A stretch of 64,000 bases of DNA from NCBI GenBank assembly GCA_963748455.1, contig CAVVJD010000014.1, positions 445,993-509,992 on the forward strand, read 5' to 3'. The translations under genes and the position numbers were made by a program. The notes beneath the pieces are model-generated. The model did not search any database. It was not told the origin of the DNA and saw only the letters and a list, made by a program, of their open reading frames with translations. This document shows positions 55,460 through 64,000 of the stretch, piece by piece. Position 1 is the first letter of the stretch, and every line of letters starts with the position of its first letter. Origin of the DNA: an uncultured Alphaproteobacteria bacterium. GTDB lineage: Bacteria; Pseudomonadota; Alphaproteobacteria; CACIAM-22H2.

Positions 55460-56224
55460 ATGGCCCGTCGCAGACAGATTTACGAAGGCAAGGCCAAGAT
55501 CCTGTATGAGGGCCCGGAGCCGGGCACGCTCGTCCAGTACTTCAAGGACGACGCCAGCGCCTTCAACAACCAGAAAAAAGGCGTCATCACCGGCAAGGGT
55601 GTGCTCAACAACCGCATCTCCGAATATCTGATGATGCGCCTCGAGGAAGTGGGCGTGCCCACGCACTTCGTGCGCCGGCTCAACATGCGCGAGCAACTCG
55701 TGCGTGAAGTTGAGATTATTCCGATCGAAGTCGTGGTCCGGAACGTCGCCGCCGGCAGCTTCTCGCAGCGCTTCGGCGTGCAGGAGGGCCAAGCGCTGCC
55801 CCGCTCCATCGTCGAGTATTATTACAAGAACGACGCGCTGGGCGACCCGATGATCTCGGAAGAGCACATCACCGCCTTCGGCTGGGCCTCGACGCAGGAC
55901 CTCGACGACATCATGGCGCTAGCGCTGCGCATCAACGATTTCCTGTCCGGGCTGTTCTTCGGCGTCGGCCTCAGGCTCGTCGATTTCAAGGTCGAGTTCG
56001 GGCGGCTGTGGAACGACGAGGAGATGCGCATCATCCTCGCCGACGAGATCAGCCCGGATTCGTGCCGGCTGTGGGACCTCAAGACCAACGAGAAGCTCGA
56101 CAAGGACCGCTTCCGCCGCGACCTCGGCAATGTCGAGGAAGCCTATCGCGAAGTGGCGCGGCGGCTTGGTATTCTGCCCGAGGGCGGCCCGCAGGACCTG
56201 AAGGGCCCGGCGACGCTACAATAG
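55460..56224 (+). CDS. purC: Phosphoribosylaminoimidazole-succinocarboxamide synthase.
   Basis: Full-length SAICAR synthetase ([12 protein letters not shown]...[10 protein letters not shown]). Confidence 0.95.
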   Translation: MARRRQIYEGKAKILYEGPEPGTLVQYFKDDASAFNNQKKGVITGKGVLNNRISEYLMMRLEEVGVPTHFVRRLNMREQLVREVEIIPIEVVVRNVAAGSFSQRFGVQEGQALPRSIVEYYYKNDALGDPMISEEHITAFGWASTQDLDDIMALALRINDFLSGLFFGVGLRLVDFKVEFGRLWNDEEMRIILADEISPDSCRLWDLKTNEKLDKDRFRRDLGNVEEAYREVARRLGILPEGGPQDLKGPATLQ

Positions 56225-56249
56225 TTCACTGACCAAACGAGAGACACGG

Positions 56250-56492
56250 ATGAAGGCGCGCGTTCACGTCACCCTCAAGTCAGGCGTTCTCGACCCCCAG
56301 GGCCAGGCGATCGGCCACGCACTGGCCAATCTCGGCTTCACCGGCGTGGGCGATGTGCGCCAGGGCAAGTTCATCGAGATCGATCTCAAGGAGCAGGACC
56401 GCAACGCCGCGCAGGCGGCGGTCAAGCAGATGTGCGAGAAGCTGCTCGCCAATACGGTAATCGAGAATTACGCGATCGAGCTGAAAGAGTAG
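56250..56492 (+). CDS. purS: Phosphoribosylformylglycinamidine synthase subunit PurS.
   Basis: 80 aa. VHVTLKSGVLDPQGQAIGHALANLGF...VRQGKFIEIDL matches the PurS family. Confidence 0.9.
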   Translation: MKARVHVTLKSGVLDPQGQAIGHALANLGFTGVGDVRQGKFIEIDLKEQDRNAAQAAVKQMCEKLLANTVIENYAIELKE

Positions 56493-56504
56493 CTCTCGCG
56501 CAAG

Positions 56505-56551
56505 CAGCCTCACCCTTCGACAAGCTCAGGGTGAGGCTTTTTTCTTGAGTT
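56505..56551 (+). terminator. Rho-independent terminator of purC-purS, formed by a REP-type palindrome (CCTCACCC...GGGTGAGG) followed by a T-run.
   Basis: cagcctcacccttcgacaagctcagggtgaggcttttttctt: stem CCTCACCCT/AGGGTGAGG then TTTTTTCTT. Confidence 0.65.
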
Positions 56552-56585
56552 CCTCATCCTGAGCTTGTCGAAGGATGAGGGCGTT
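56552..56585. repeat. REP-type palindrome, CCTCATCCTGAGCTTGTCGAAGGATGAGG family.
   Basis: cctcatcctgagcttgtcgaaggatgagg. A second copy of the same family sits at about 63075-63120 (catccctcgcttgtccaaggatgagg). Confidence 0.7.
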
Positions 56586-56588
56586 GCG

Positions 56589-56954
56589 TCACTCGACCAC
56601 GACGATCTTCGCTTCCATCTCCTCGTGGCCCTCGCCGCAGAAGACGTCGCAGGTCACTTCAAAGCTGCCTTCCTTGTCCGGCGTCACGCGCAGGCGCACG
56701 GTTTCTCCTGGCAAGGCCTCCACGCGCCAGCCAAGGGCCGGCACCTTGAAGCCATGACTGCGATCGAGCGTCGTCAGCTCGATGATCACCGCCTCCCCTT
56801 TCTTGAGGGTGATTTCCGCGGGCTCGAACTCGAACTTCTTGGCGGTGATGTGGACCACCTTGTCCGCGCGCGCGACACCGCGATCGCCGACGCCGAAGGC
56901 CACGCCAATCGCCAGCGCCGGCGCTAGGACAAGCATCGCAAAGCGACGGCTCAT
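56589..56954 (-). CDS. Secreted cupredoxin-fold (putative copper-binding) protein.
   Basis: Signal peptide, then a type-1 copper-like ligand pattern (H...C..F.C..GH..M: SHGFKV...TCDVFCGEGHEEM). Confidence 0.7.
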   Translation of the reverse strand: MSRRFAMLVLAPALAIGVAFGVGDRGVARADKVVHITAKKFEFEPAEITLKKGEAVIIELTTLDRSHGFKVPALGWRVEALPGETVRLRVTPDKEGSFEVTCDVFCGEGHEEMEAKIVVVE

Positions 56955-57040
56955 ACGGGTCCAAGCGGCGTTTCCGCGACGGCGAGGTCATCCGAGCCGG
57001 CCTTGGCGCCGACGCGCCGCCAGCCCAGCCCCTTGTTGGG

Positions 57041-57850
57041 CTATGCGGGATCCCAGGCCACGGGGGGCGTGCGCTTGGGCTGCGAGCCGGGAGACGGCTG
57101 CGGGAAGATCAGCGACAGCGCCGCGTGATGGGCGATGTGGCCCGTCTTGTGGTGATGCTCCTGGTGGATGTGGCCGTAAAACACCGTCACGTGCTCGAAG
57201 GGCATCAACAACACGACCGCCGCGGCGCCGTCTTTCGTCGCCCAATCCCATTGCGGATAGAGATCGAAGAGCGGCCGGTGGGCGAGCACCACGATCGGCG
57301 TTTCCCGATCCAGCTGCGCGAGGTCGGATTTGAGCCAGGCCAGTTGCTCGTCGCCGATCGCCGCGGCCGGATCGGAAACGTTGTCGAGCGCAATGAAGTG
57401 AATGCCCTTGTGGTCGAAGGTGTAGTGGGTCTTGCCGAAGAACTCCTGGTAGGCAACGCCGCCGTCGAGCGCCGCATCGTGCTCGCCCGGCATGAAGCGC
57501 AGCGTCTTCACCTTGAGCTCGGCGACGATGGCGCGAAATTCGGCCATGCGCTTGCGCCGCTCGGCGGCATCGTCGGTGGTGTGCGTCAGATCGCCGGTGA
57601 AAACGATGAAATCCGGTTGCTGCGCCAGGCCGTTCACCGCCGCGACCGCCTTTTTGAGCGTGTTGGCGGCATCGGGGTTGGGCGGGCCCCTGAAGCCCCA
57701 ATGCGTGTCGGTGAGCTGAAGGAAGAAAAAATCCTGCGTTGCCGTCTTGGCCTGCGCGAAACGGTGCGGCCCGGCGAGGCCGGAGGCGAAGGCCACCCCA
57801 CCCAGCCCGGCCAGCCTGGCGAAGTCGCGGCGATCGATCTTGAGGGTCAT
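57041..57850 (-). CDS. Tat-secreted metallophosphoesterase (calcineurin-like).
   Basis: Twin-arginine signal DRRDFARLAGLGGVA. Metallophosphatase motifs LTDTHW, VFTGDLTH, LAHRPL..., YGHIHQEHH. Confidence 0.8.
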   Translation of the reverse strand: MTLKIDRRDFARLAGLGGVAFASGLAGPHRFAQAKTATQDFFFLQLTDTHWGFRGPPNPDAANTLKKAVAAVNGLAQQPDFIVFTGDLTHTTDDAAERRKRMAEFRAIVAELKVKTLRFMPGEHDAALDGGVAYQEFFGKTHYTFDHKGIHFIALDNVSDPAAAIGDEQLAWLKSDLAQLDRETPIVVLAHRPLFDLYPQWDWATKDGAAAVVLLMPFEHVTVFYGHIHQEHHHKTGHIAHHAALSLIFPQPSPGSQPKRTPPVAWDPA

Positions 57851-58052
57851 CGTGATCTCCCTTGGCGTGCATGAACTCGCACCGGCCAAGACCCAAGGCC
57901 GGCCGCTTTTATTCACGCGCGGCCATGAGATTTTTCCGGGAATAAAAACAAAGGTTCGGCGGTATTGTGCAGTCAGGACCCGCGAGCGCGGACCGTCCAG
58001 CGCGAAGGACACGCCTTTGGGCGACAACGACAGAACCCGGCGGTTCGAGGCG

Positions 58053-58577
58053 ATGGCACTGCCGCATCTCGATGCGGCCTATAACCTGGCGCGCTGGCTG
58101 ACGCGCGCCGACCAGGATGCGCGCGACGTGGTGCAGGATGCTTATTTGCGGGCGTTTCAGTTCTTCGACGGGTTCAAGGGCGGCGACGGCCGCGCCTGGC
58201 TGCTGACGATTGTGCGCAACACGGCCTTCAACTGGCTCAAGCGCAACCGCAAGAGCGCGATCGAGACGGTGTTCGACGAAGCCATGCATGGCGGCGCTAG
58301 CGTGAGCGCGATCGGTCCCGCACCGGCGGCCAATCCGGAGACACTGCTGTTGCAGCGCGCGGATTCAGAGGCGATCGATCGCGCCATCGCTGACCTGCCT
58401 TTGCCGTTTCGCGAGGCGATCGTTCTGCGCGAATTGGAGGAGCTCTCGTACGCCGAGATTGCCGAGATTGCCGGCGTGCCGATCGGAACCGTGATGTCGC
58501 GCCTGGCGCGCGCGCGCGAGTTGTTGCGCCGCGCCCTGACCGACGGGTCCAACCGGGAGCGCCGCCATGGCGGATGA
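58053..58577 (+). CDS. ECF (sigma-70 group IV) RNA polymerase sigma factor, start uncertain.
   Basis: Region 2 (ARDVVQDAYLRAFQFF) and region 4 (LSYAEIAEIAGVPIGTVMSRLARARELLR). Confidence 0.8.
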   Translation: MALPHLDAAYNLARWLTRADQDARDVVQDAYLRAFQFFDGFKGGDGRAWLLTIVRNTAFNWLKRNRKSAIETVFDEAMHGGASVSAIGPAPAANPETLLLQRADSEAIDRAIADLPLPFREAIVLRELEELSYAEIAEIAGVPIGTVMSRLARARELLRRALTDGSNRERRHGG

Positions 58578-59262
58578 AGACACGACCGGCGCCGACGCCA
58601 TCCTGAGCGCTGCAATCCGCGGCAAGGCGACCTATCACCCCGCACCGCCGGCCCTGAGTGGAAGCGTGCGCGCGGCCATTGCCGATGCCGACGCCAACGA
58701 TGCGGCGTCACCACCGCCGTCGGCTGGCCGCGCATCGTCGCCGGTTTGGCGGCCAGTGGCGCTGGCCGCGTCGTTCGCCTTCGTGACGCTGCTGAGCTGG
58801 AATGTGTGGACCGGAACGATGATGCCGGGGCGCAGCGCCGGCCAGGCACCGGAGATCGTGGCCGCCCATGTGCGCTCGCTAATGGCCAATCACCTGACCG
58901 ATGTGTCGTCGTCGGACCAGCACACGGTCAAGCCGTGGTTCAACGGCAGGCTCGACATCTCGCCGCCGGTCCGCGACCTGACGGCGCAGGGCTTCGCGCT
59001 GGTGGGCGGGCGCCTCGACTATCTCGATCAGCGGCCGGTGGCGGCGCTGGTCTATCGCCATCGCCAGCACATCATCAATCTGTTCGTCTGGCCAACGGGG
59101 AGCGAAACCAGCCCCACACCCACGGCCGCGATGACGCGGCAGGGCTATAACCTGCTCCACTGGCATGACAACGGATTGGCGTACTGGGCCGTTTCGGATC
59201 TGGCCGCCGTGGATCTGAACGAGTTCGAGCGCCTTGTCCGCACGCACTCAAAAGCGCCGTGA
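58567..59262 (+). CDS. Anti-sigma factor (single-pass, RskA/ChrR-like).
   Basis: Start overlaps the sigma gene end. N-terminal cytoplasmic segment, TM helix (VALAASFAFVTLLSWNVW), periplasmic domain. Confidence 0.7.
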   Translation: MADEDTTGADAILSAAIRGKATYHPAPPALSGSVRAAIADADANDAASPPPSAGRASSPVWRPVALAASFAFVTLLSWNVWTGTMMPGRSAGQAPEIVAAHVRSLMANHLTDVSSSDQHTVKPWFNGRLDISPPVRDLTAQGFALVGGRLDYLDQRPVAALVYRHRQHIINLFVWPTGSETSPTPTAAMTRQGYNLLHWHDNGLAYWAVSDLAAVDLNEFERLVRTHSKAP

Positions 59263-59275
59263 GCGCACGCCCGGC

Positions 59276-61678
59276 TCAACTGCCATCGAGCACGGCGCGG
59301 ATTTTGCGGGCCATGTCGGCCATACGATAGGGCTTGTTGAGCAATTGCACGCCGGGATCGAGCCGGCCGTGATGGACCACCACGTTCTCCGTATAGCCCG
59401 ATGTGAACAGCACCTTGATGCCGGGGCGCAATCTCTTGACCTCCTCGGCGACTTGCCGGCCGTTCATTCCGCCCGGCATGACGACATCGGTGAACAGCAG
59501 ATCGATATGCTTGTTCTCGTTGAGCTCGGCCAGCGCCGATGGCCCATCGGGCACGGCGATCACGGTGTAGCCGAGACGGGCCAGCTGCGCGCCGACATGG
59601 CTGCGCACCAGCTCCTCGTCCTCGACCAGCAAGATCGTCTCGGTCCCGGTCGCCGCGACCTTGGCTTCCTCGGGCGCCAGCGCTTCCTGCTCGGTGCCGG
59701 TCCCGCGCGGCAGATAGAGGCGGACGATCGAGCCGTGGCCGAGCTCGCTGTAGATATTCACGTGTCCGCCCGATTGCTTGACGAAACCGTAGACCATGCT
59801 GAGCCCGAGACCCGTACCTTTGCCGAGGGCCTTGGTCGTGAAGAACGGCTCGAAGGCGCGCGCGATGACTTCCGGCGTCATGCCGGTTCCGGTATCCGCC
59901 ACGGCGACCATGACGTACTGACCCGGACGCACGTCGCCGCGGCTGTCGGCGTAGTTCTGATCGACATAGGCGTTGCCAGTCTCGATCGTCAATTTACCGC
60001 CCTGGGCCATGGCATCGCGACCATTGATCGCAAGATTCAAGATCGCGCTTTCGAGCTGGCTTGGATCGATGAAGGTCCGCCACAGGCCCGCGGCACGAAC
60101 AAGCTCGATCTCGATCTCCTCACCGAGCGCGCGGCGCAGCAACTGGTCCATATTGGCCAGCAGAACGTTGACGTCGACGAGGCGCGGCCGCAGCGCCTGG
60201 CGGCGCGAGAACGCGAGGAGATGGCGCGTCAGATCGGCGCCGCGCTCCCCAGCCGTGCCGATCAACGCCGCCAGGCGGCGCTGGCTCTCGTCGGGTAGTT
60301 GCTCCGTCAGGGCGTCGGCGTTGCCGATGATGATGGTCAAAAGATTGTTGAAGTCGTGGGCGATCCCGCCGGTGAGCTGGCCGATCGCGTCCATCTTTTG
60401 CGACTGACGCAGCCGCTCCTCGGCCTCACGCTGCTCGGTTATGTCGCGTGCCGTGCCGCGGTAGCCGATAAATCGCCCCTCCGCATCAAAGATCGGTTGG
60501 CCATTGACGCTGAGATGACAAATGCGACCGCTTGAATCGGGACGCTTGTACTCGAAATTGCGGAACGGCTCGTGGCGCTCGAGCGTCGCCATATGGTCGC
60601 GCCACTTCTCCGGCTCTGTTTCCAAATCTATTGCCACATCGGTGCGACGCTGACCGGGGACGGGCGCCGGGCGGTCGATGCCAAACGCCGTGATCTGGTC
60701 GGAGATGTAGGTGAAGACATGATCGGCGTCGCTTTCCCAGAACCAATCGGAGGAGCTTTCGGCGTAGTCGCGGAACTTTTTCTCACTCTGACGCAAGGCC
60801 TCTTCGGCACGCCGGCGCGCTACGATATCGTTCTCAAGCTCGGCATTGGTCTCGCGCAAATCGTCGTAGGCGCGCTGCAAGCTGGCAAACAGGTCGTTGA
60901 AGGCCACGACGACCTTGTCGAGCTCATCTTGTGTCTTGGGCGGCCGGCGCTGCAGGGTGAGTGCCGGTGGCCGCCGGGCCAGATCGTAACCGCCGACGAA
61001 CCCGGCGATGGCCGTCAGGTGACGCGTCACGAGCCAGTGAACGATGTAGAGGATGAACAGCGACACCAGAAAGGTCTTTGCGGCCTGGTTCAGCAAGATG
61101 ATCGACGCCCGGTTCAGCAACTCCTCGTAGACCTCGGTCAGCGTGGCGACGACGGAGAAGACGCCGATCGACTGCTTGCGCCCCTGGATCGTGCGGACCA
61201 GCGGAAATTCGCGGGTGATGGCCGAATGCGTTGAGCGATCGCCCGCGACGAGGATGAGTGGGCTCTGGCTTGCGGTGGTCTCGTGAACGGCGGCGCTGCG
61301 AATAGCCGGCAGACGGAGAATTCCGTTCAGCTGGATCTCCAGCTGGTTCTTATCCAAGTTCCATAGGCTCTCGCTGAGGCTGCCGAGATAGCTGCGCTCG
61401 ATCTCCGAGAGCCGGGTCTCGATGTGCCGGACCTCGCGGTTGTAGTCGAGATAAAGCTGGAGTGCCGTCAGGATCAGCGTCACGACCGAGCTGAACAGAA
61501 GGACACTTCCCAGCAGACGCAGACCGATACCGCCGCGCAACCGCGACAGCATCGGCCAGCGCATGTCATCCGCGGCAGCCTGAATTTCGCCACGGCGAGC
61601 GCCGCTCAACGCCGCCGCATGCAGCCTGCCCCCGGCCGGATGGGGCGACGCCGCCTCGTCATGTCGCGACGACTCCAT
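59276..61678 (-). CDS. Hybrid sensor histidine kinase (TM/sensor region, PAS, HisKA, HATPase_c, C-terminal receiver).
   Basis: H-box [14 protein letters not shown] boxes ([27 protein letters not shown]), receiver [11 protein letters not shown]...[15 protein letters not shown]...K. Intact 800-aa ORF. Confidence 0.9.
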   Translation of the reverse strand: MESSRHDEAASPHPAGGRLHAAALSGARRGEIQAAADDMRWPMLSRLRGGIGLRLLGSVLLFSSVVTLILTALQLYLDYNREVRHIETRLSEIERSYLGSLSESLWNLDKNQLEIQLNGILRLPAIRSAAVHETTASQSPLILVAGDRSTHSAITREFPLVRTIQGRKQSIGVFSVVATLTEVYEELLNRASIILLNQAAKTFLVSLFILYIVHWLVTRHLTAIAGFVGGYDLARRPPALTLQRRPPKTQDELDKVVVAFNDLFASLQRAYDDLRETNAELENDIVARRRAEEALRQSEKKFRDYAESSSDWFWESDADHVFTYISDQITAFGIDRPAPVPGQRRTDVAIDLETEPEKWRDHMATLERHEPFRNFEYKRPDSSGRICHLSVNGQPIFDAEGRFIGYRGTARDITEQREAEERLRQSQKMDAIGQLTGGIAHDFNNLLTIIIGNADALTEQLPDESQRRLAALIGTAGERGADLTRHLLAFSRRQALRPRLVDVNVLLANMDQLLRRALGEEIEIELVRAAGLWRTFIDPSQLESAILNLAINGRDAMAQGGKLTIETGNAYVDQNYADSRGDVRPGQYVMVAVADTGTGMTPEVIARAFEPFFTTKALGKGTGLGLSMVYGFVKQSGGHVNIYSELGHGSIVRLYLPRGTGTEQEALAPEEAKVAATGTETILLVEDEELVRSHVGAQLARLGYTVIAVPDGPSALAELNENKHIDLLFTDVVMPGGMNGRQVAEEVKRLRPGIKVLFTSGYTENVVVHHGRLDPGVQLLNKPYRMADMARKIRAVLDGS

Positions 61679-61912
61679 ACAATGCCCCCTCAGACGTTGG
61701 CTCGCGCCCGCCTCTCGGGGCGCTGGGCAGAATTCGGCGAGGATGTCGACAGTAAGGCTGTGTCGGTCGCGGCGGACGATTGTTGTTCGGGTTTGCGTCC
61801 GCTCGGCGCCGTGCTGATCAATATCTTAGAGCCGGCAAGCGGCACCGCCAAGACCGCATCGACGCCCGCGCGTATTCGCCGACCGTCCCGTCGAAATCCC
61901 GGGCAGGCCCCA

Positions 61913-62859
61913 TCAATCGTTGTGGTGACTCAGTCTCAGACGGATGTCGGGATCATTCACGTTGGCGGCGCTCACGACCAGGAAGTCGACCATGATCTGC
62001 GCGGGAATTTGCCGGCCGGACTGGGCCTGAACGGCCCGCTGGACCGCTTGATAGCCCATCTGGTAGGCGTCCTGCACGACCATCAGGTAGAGATCTCCGC
62101 GGCGCAGATCGTCCTCGAAACTGGGCCGGTAGTCGAAGCTCAGCAGGAGCGGCCGCTTCGCCGGCGCCCAGTCCTGCAAAACTCGCATCGCGCTGATGCC
62201 GATCTTGCCTGTCGGCGTGAAGACGGCGTCCAGGGCGCCTTGATGCGGCGCCAGGATGACGGCGGCAATCGCCTGCGCCTCGCGCAAATCGTGACCGACA
62301 TAGCTATCGACAACGACGTTGAGGCCCAACTCCTTGGCCGTGTCGATGAACCCCGCCTCGCGCGCCGAGGTCGAGACGACATACGGCGCCAGGCGCAGTA
62401 CGCCGACCTTCGCGCCCTTCGGCAAGCGCCCTTGCAAGGACAGGGCGGCCGCACGTCCGCCGCCGTAATTGTCGGTCGCAATCGTCGAGAGGGATTTGAA
62501 AGCGTCGCTTGAGCCGATCGACGAAGATCACCGGCACCGGAAATTCGATCGGCGTCGGGACACCGACAACCGGCATCGGCGCCAGGATCAGCGCCTTCGC
62601 CCCGGCCGACAACATGATACTGGACCATCTTGAGCTGCAGATTCTGCTCGACGCTGGTCGGATTGTCGTCGACGGGGCTGCGGATCAGGACATGGACGCC
62701 GAGATCATTGGCGGCCTGGACAATGCCCTTCTCCATCACATTCCAGAAGGGCCCGCGCGTTCCCGCCAGGACGGCACCGATATCCTGGGCGTGGGCGACG
62801 TGCGGCGATAGAGAAACTATTGTCAGAAACAGCGACAGCAGAATGAGCCTTGCGCGCAT
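61913..62859 (-). pseudogene. Periplasmic binding protein (sugar-binding/LuxP-like PBP domain), two frameshifts.
   Basis: Signal peptide plus N-domain in 62140..62859. Middle segment is in 62304..62615 and C-terminal domain in 61913..62437, so shifts lie within 62437-62615 and 62304-62437. Adjacent to the hybrid kinase. Confidence 0.65.
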
Positions 62860-63126
62860 GGCGCGGCCTTTCCGCTTGCGCGATCACCGGCGCGCTCGCG
62901 CAAACCAATGGTCGATCGCCAGGGGCATGGAGCAAACTGAGCGCGACGGCACGATAGCCCCCGAGCATCCAATGCTCATCGCAGCATAAGCCGGACGTCG
63001 AGACTGAACAAGATAGCGGCGCATTGGCATGCTGCCGGCGTGTTCGCCTCGCCCTTCGACAATCTTAAGATGAGGTAGGTGAAGACATCTTCATCCCTCG
63101 CTTGTCCAAGGATGAGGATGTCGCGC

Positions 63127-63912
63127 TCAGCCGATGCCGTACTTGGTGATGACTTCGGCCAGATCGTCGCTGAGCTTGTCGCCGGTGCGGATGGTCGGCA
63201 GGCCGGCGGGCAGGCCCTGCTTCACCAACTCCGATTCAGTGAAGCTGGTGAGGATCGCCATCGGGATCTTGTTGGTGGACGCCATCGCCGCGAGAGCGCG
63301 CGCGAGGTCGATGCCCGAGAGCTCGGCCATCGTCGCCGAGGCGATGATCAGATTGGGCTTCATGCGGATCGCCAGCGTGAACGCCTCGGTCGGCGACTGA
63401 GTCAGCACGGTGCGGATTCCGCAGGCGGCGAGATCGCGCGCGACCAGGCGGCCGGCGACGCGCGAGGACGTCACCAACAACGCCTCGACGTTGCGCAGTT
63501 CAATGTCGTTCGGATTGAAGGTGCGCGGCATCGGCAGCGCGCGCAGGACTTTGGCGGTGGTCGCCTCATCGGCCGGCGCCTTGCGGCCGATCGCGTCGTT
63601 CATCGCATCGAGATGCGCGCGGATATCCATGAGCGAGAGTTCGACGCGATGGGCGTCGAGATCGTCGAGATAATTCTCGAGACGGTGCGCCACCATCGAA
63701 ACCAGCGGGAAACCGGAGGCCTCGCCCATACCTTTCAGCGTGTGCGCATCGCGGCGCAACTGCGGCAACGCCGCTTCGAGTCGCGCGCCACCTTCGAGGC
63801 ACTTCTGAACGACCGTATCCATGCCTTCGAGCCGCTCGGCCAAATCCTCGCGAAAGGACTGACGGAGATTCTCAAGCGGGTCGTCCCCGTGCGGCTTCGT
63901 ATGCTCGTTCAT
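63127..63912 (-). CDS. Hpt-domain protein fused to a receiver-like (CheY-fold) domain.
   Basis: N-terminal Hpt motif (LRRDAHTLKGMGEASGF). C-terminal alpha/beta receiver-like segment (PNLIIASATMAEL...). Confidence 0.6.
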   Translation of the reverse strand: MNEHTKPHGDDPLENLRQSFREDLAERLEGMDTVVQKCLEGGARLEAALPQLRRDAHTLKGMGEASGFPLVSMVAHRLENYLDDLDAHRVELSLMDIRAHLDAMNDAIGRKAPADEATTAKVLRALPMPRTFNPNDIELRNVEALLVTSSRVAGRLVARDLAACGIRTVLTQSPTEAFTLAIRMKPNLIIASATMAELSGIDLARALAAMASTNKIPMAILTSFTESELVKQGLPAGLPTIRTGDKLSDDLAEVITKYGIG

Positions 63913-64000
63913 GAGCGTGTCCTATCAATAGGTTACAGCTTATTCCTGAGCCAAATTCTGGCTTTATGCCCCGGTCGTACCATAGGTGGGCCAGCCTAAA

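Noticed and set aside
59234-62512. Plus-strand ORFs 59234..60298, 60572..61234 and 61424..62512 antisense to the hybrid kinase and periplasmic binding-protein genes.
   Set aside because: No motifs, and a composition typical of GC-rich antisense frames. The minus-strand kinase has a complete H/N/G-box and receiver signature.

Overview
High-GC (about 65%) alphaproteobacterial chromosome segment. The GGGAGAGGGTTAGGGTGAGGGGG-type and CCTCATCC/GGATGAGG-type intergenic palindromes suggest a Bradyrhizobiaceae-like genome.

The left edge (1-1283) is the end of an integrated element. It carries a tyrosine integrase that runs off the window, direct TGTGTAAG repeats, an AT-rich arm, and a 5' fragment of tRNA-Leu(UAA) broken in the anticodon stem.

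The rest is a mosaic of core genes (hisC, map, purB, purC, purS, radC, a LysR, ATP-synthase zeta inhibitor) and accessory blocks:
- two LIV-type ABC transporter loci;
- a nitrile-hydratase/thiocyanate-hydrolase-like three-gene metalloenzyme cluster with a split beta subunit and a His-rich alpha/gamma N-terminus;
- a cupin-DsrE-like-ArsM-like(Cys-less)-methyltransferase operon;
- a PEP-CTERM protein with methyltransferase and GT9 neighbours;
- a membrane spermidine-synthase-like fusion;
- sulfopyruvate-decarboxylase-like comDE next to an ABC-2 exporter;
- an ECF sigma/anti-sigma pair plus a hybrid histidine kinase, an Hpt-REC protein and a periplasmic binding protein.

Two patterns recur. First, at least 15 genes carry frameshifts, most extreme in a 3.5-kb adenylate-cyclase/ATPase/TPR pseudogene with about 10 shifts, while housekeeping genes are intact. 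Second, three accessory blocks are each bracketed by an intact gene and a diverged (about 75-85% identical) copy of that gene's last 90-130 bp. The duplicated genes are a GAF gene, an lrp gene and an ABC-2 permease, and the pattern is the signature of integration at the 3' ends of protein genes.

No CRISPR arrays, no rRNA, and no intact tRNA were seen.
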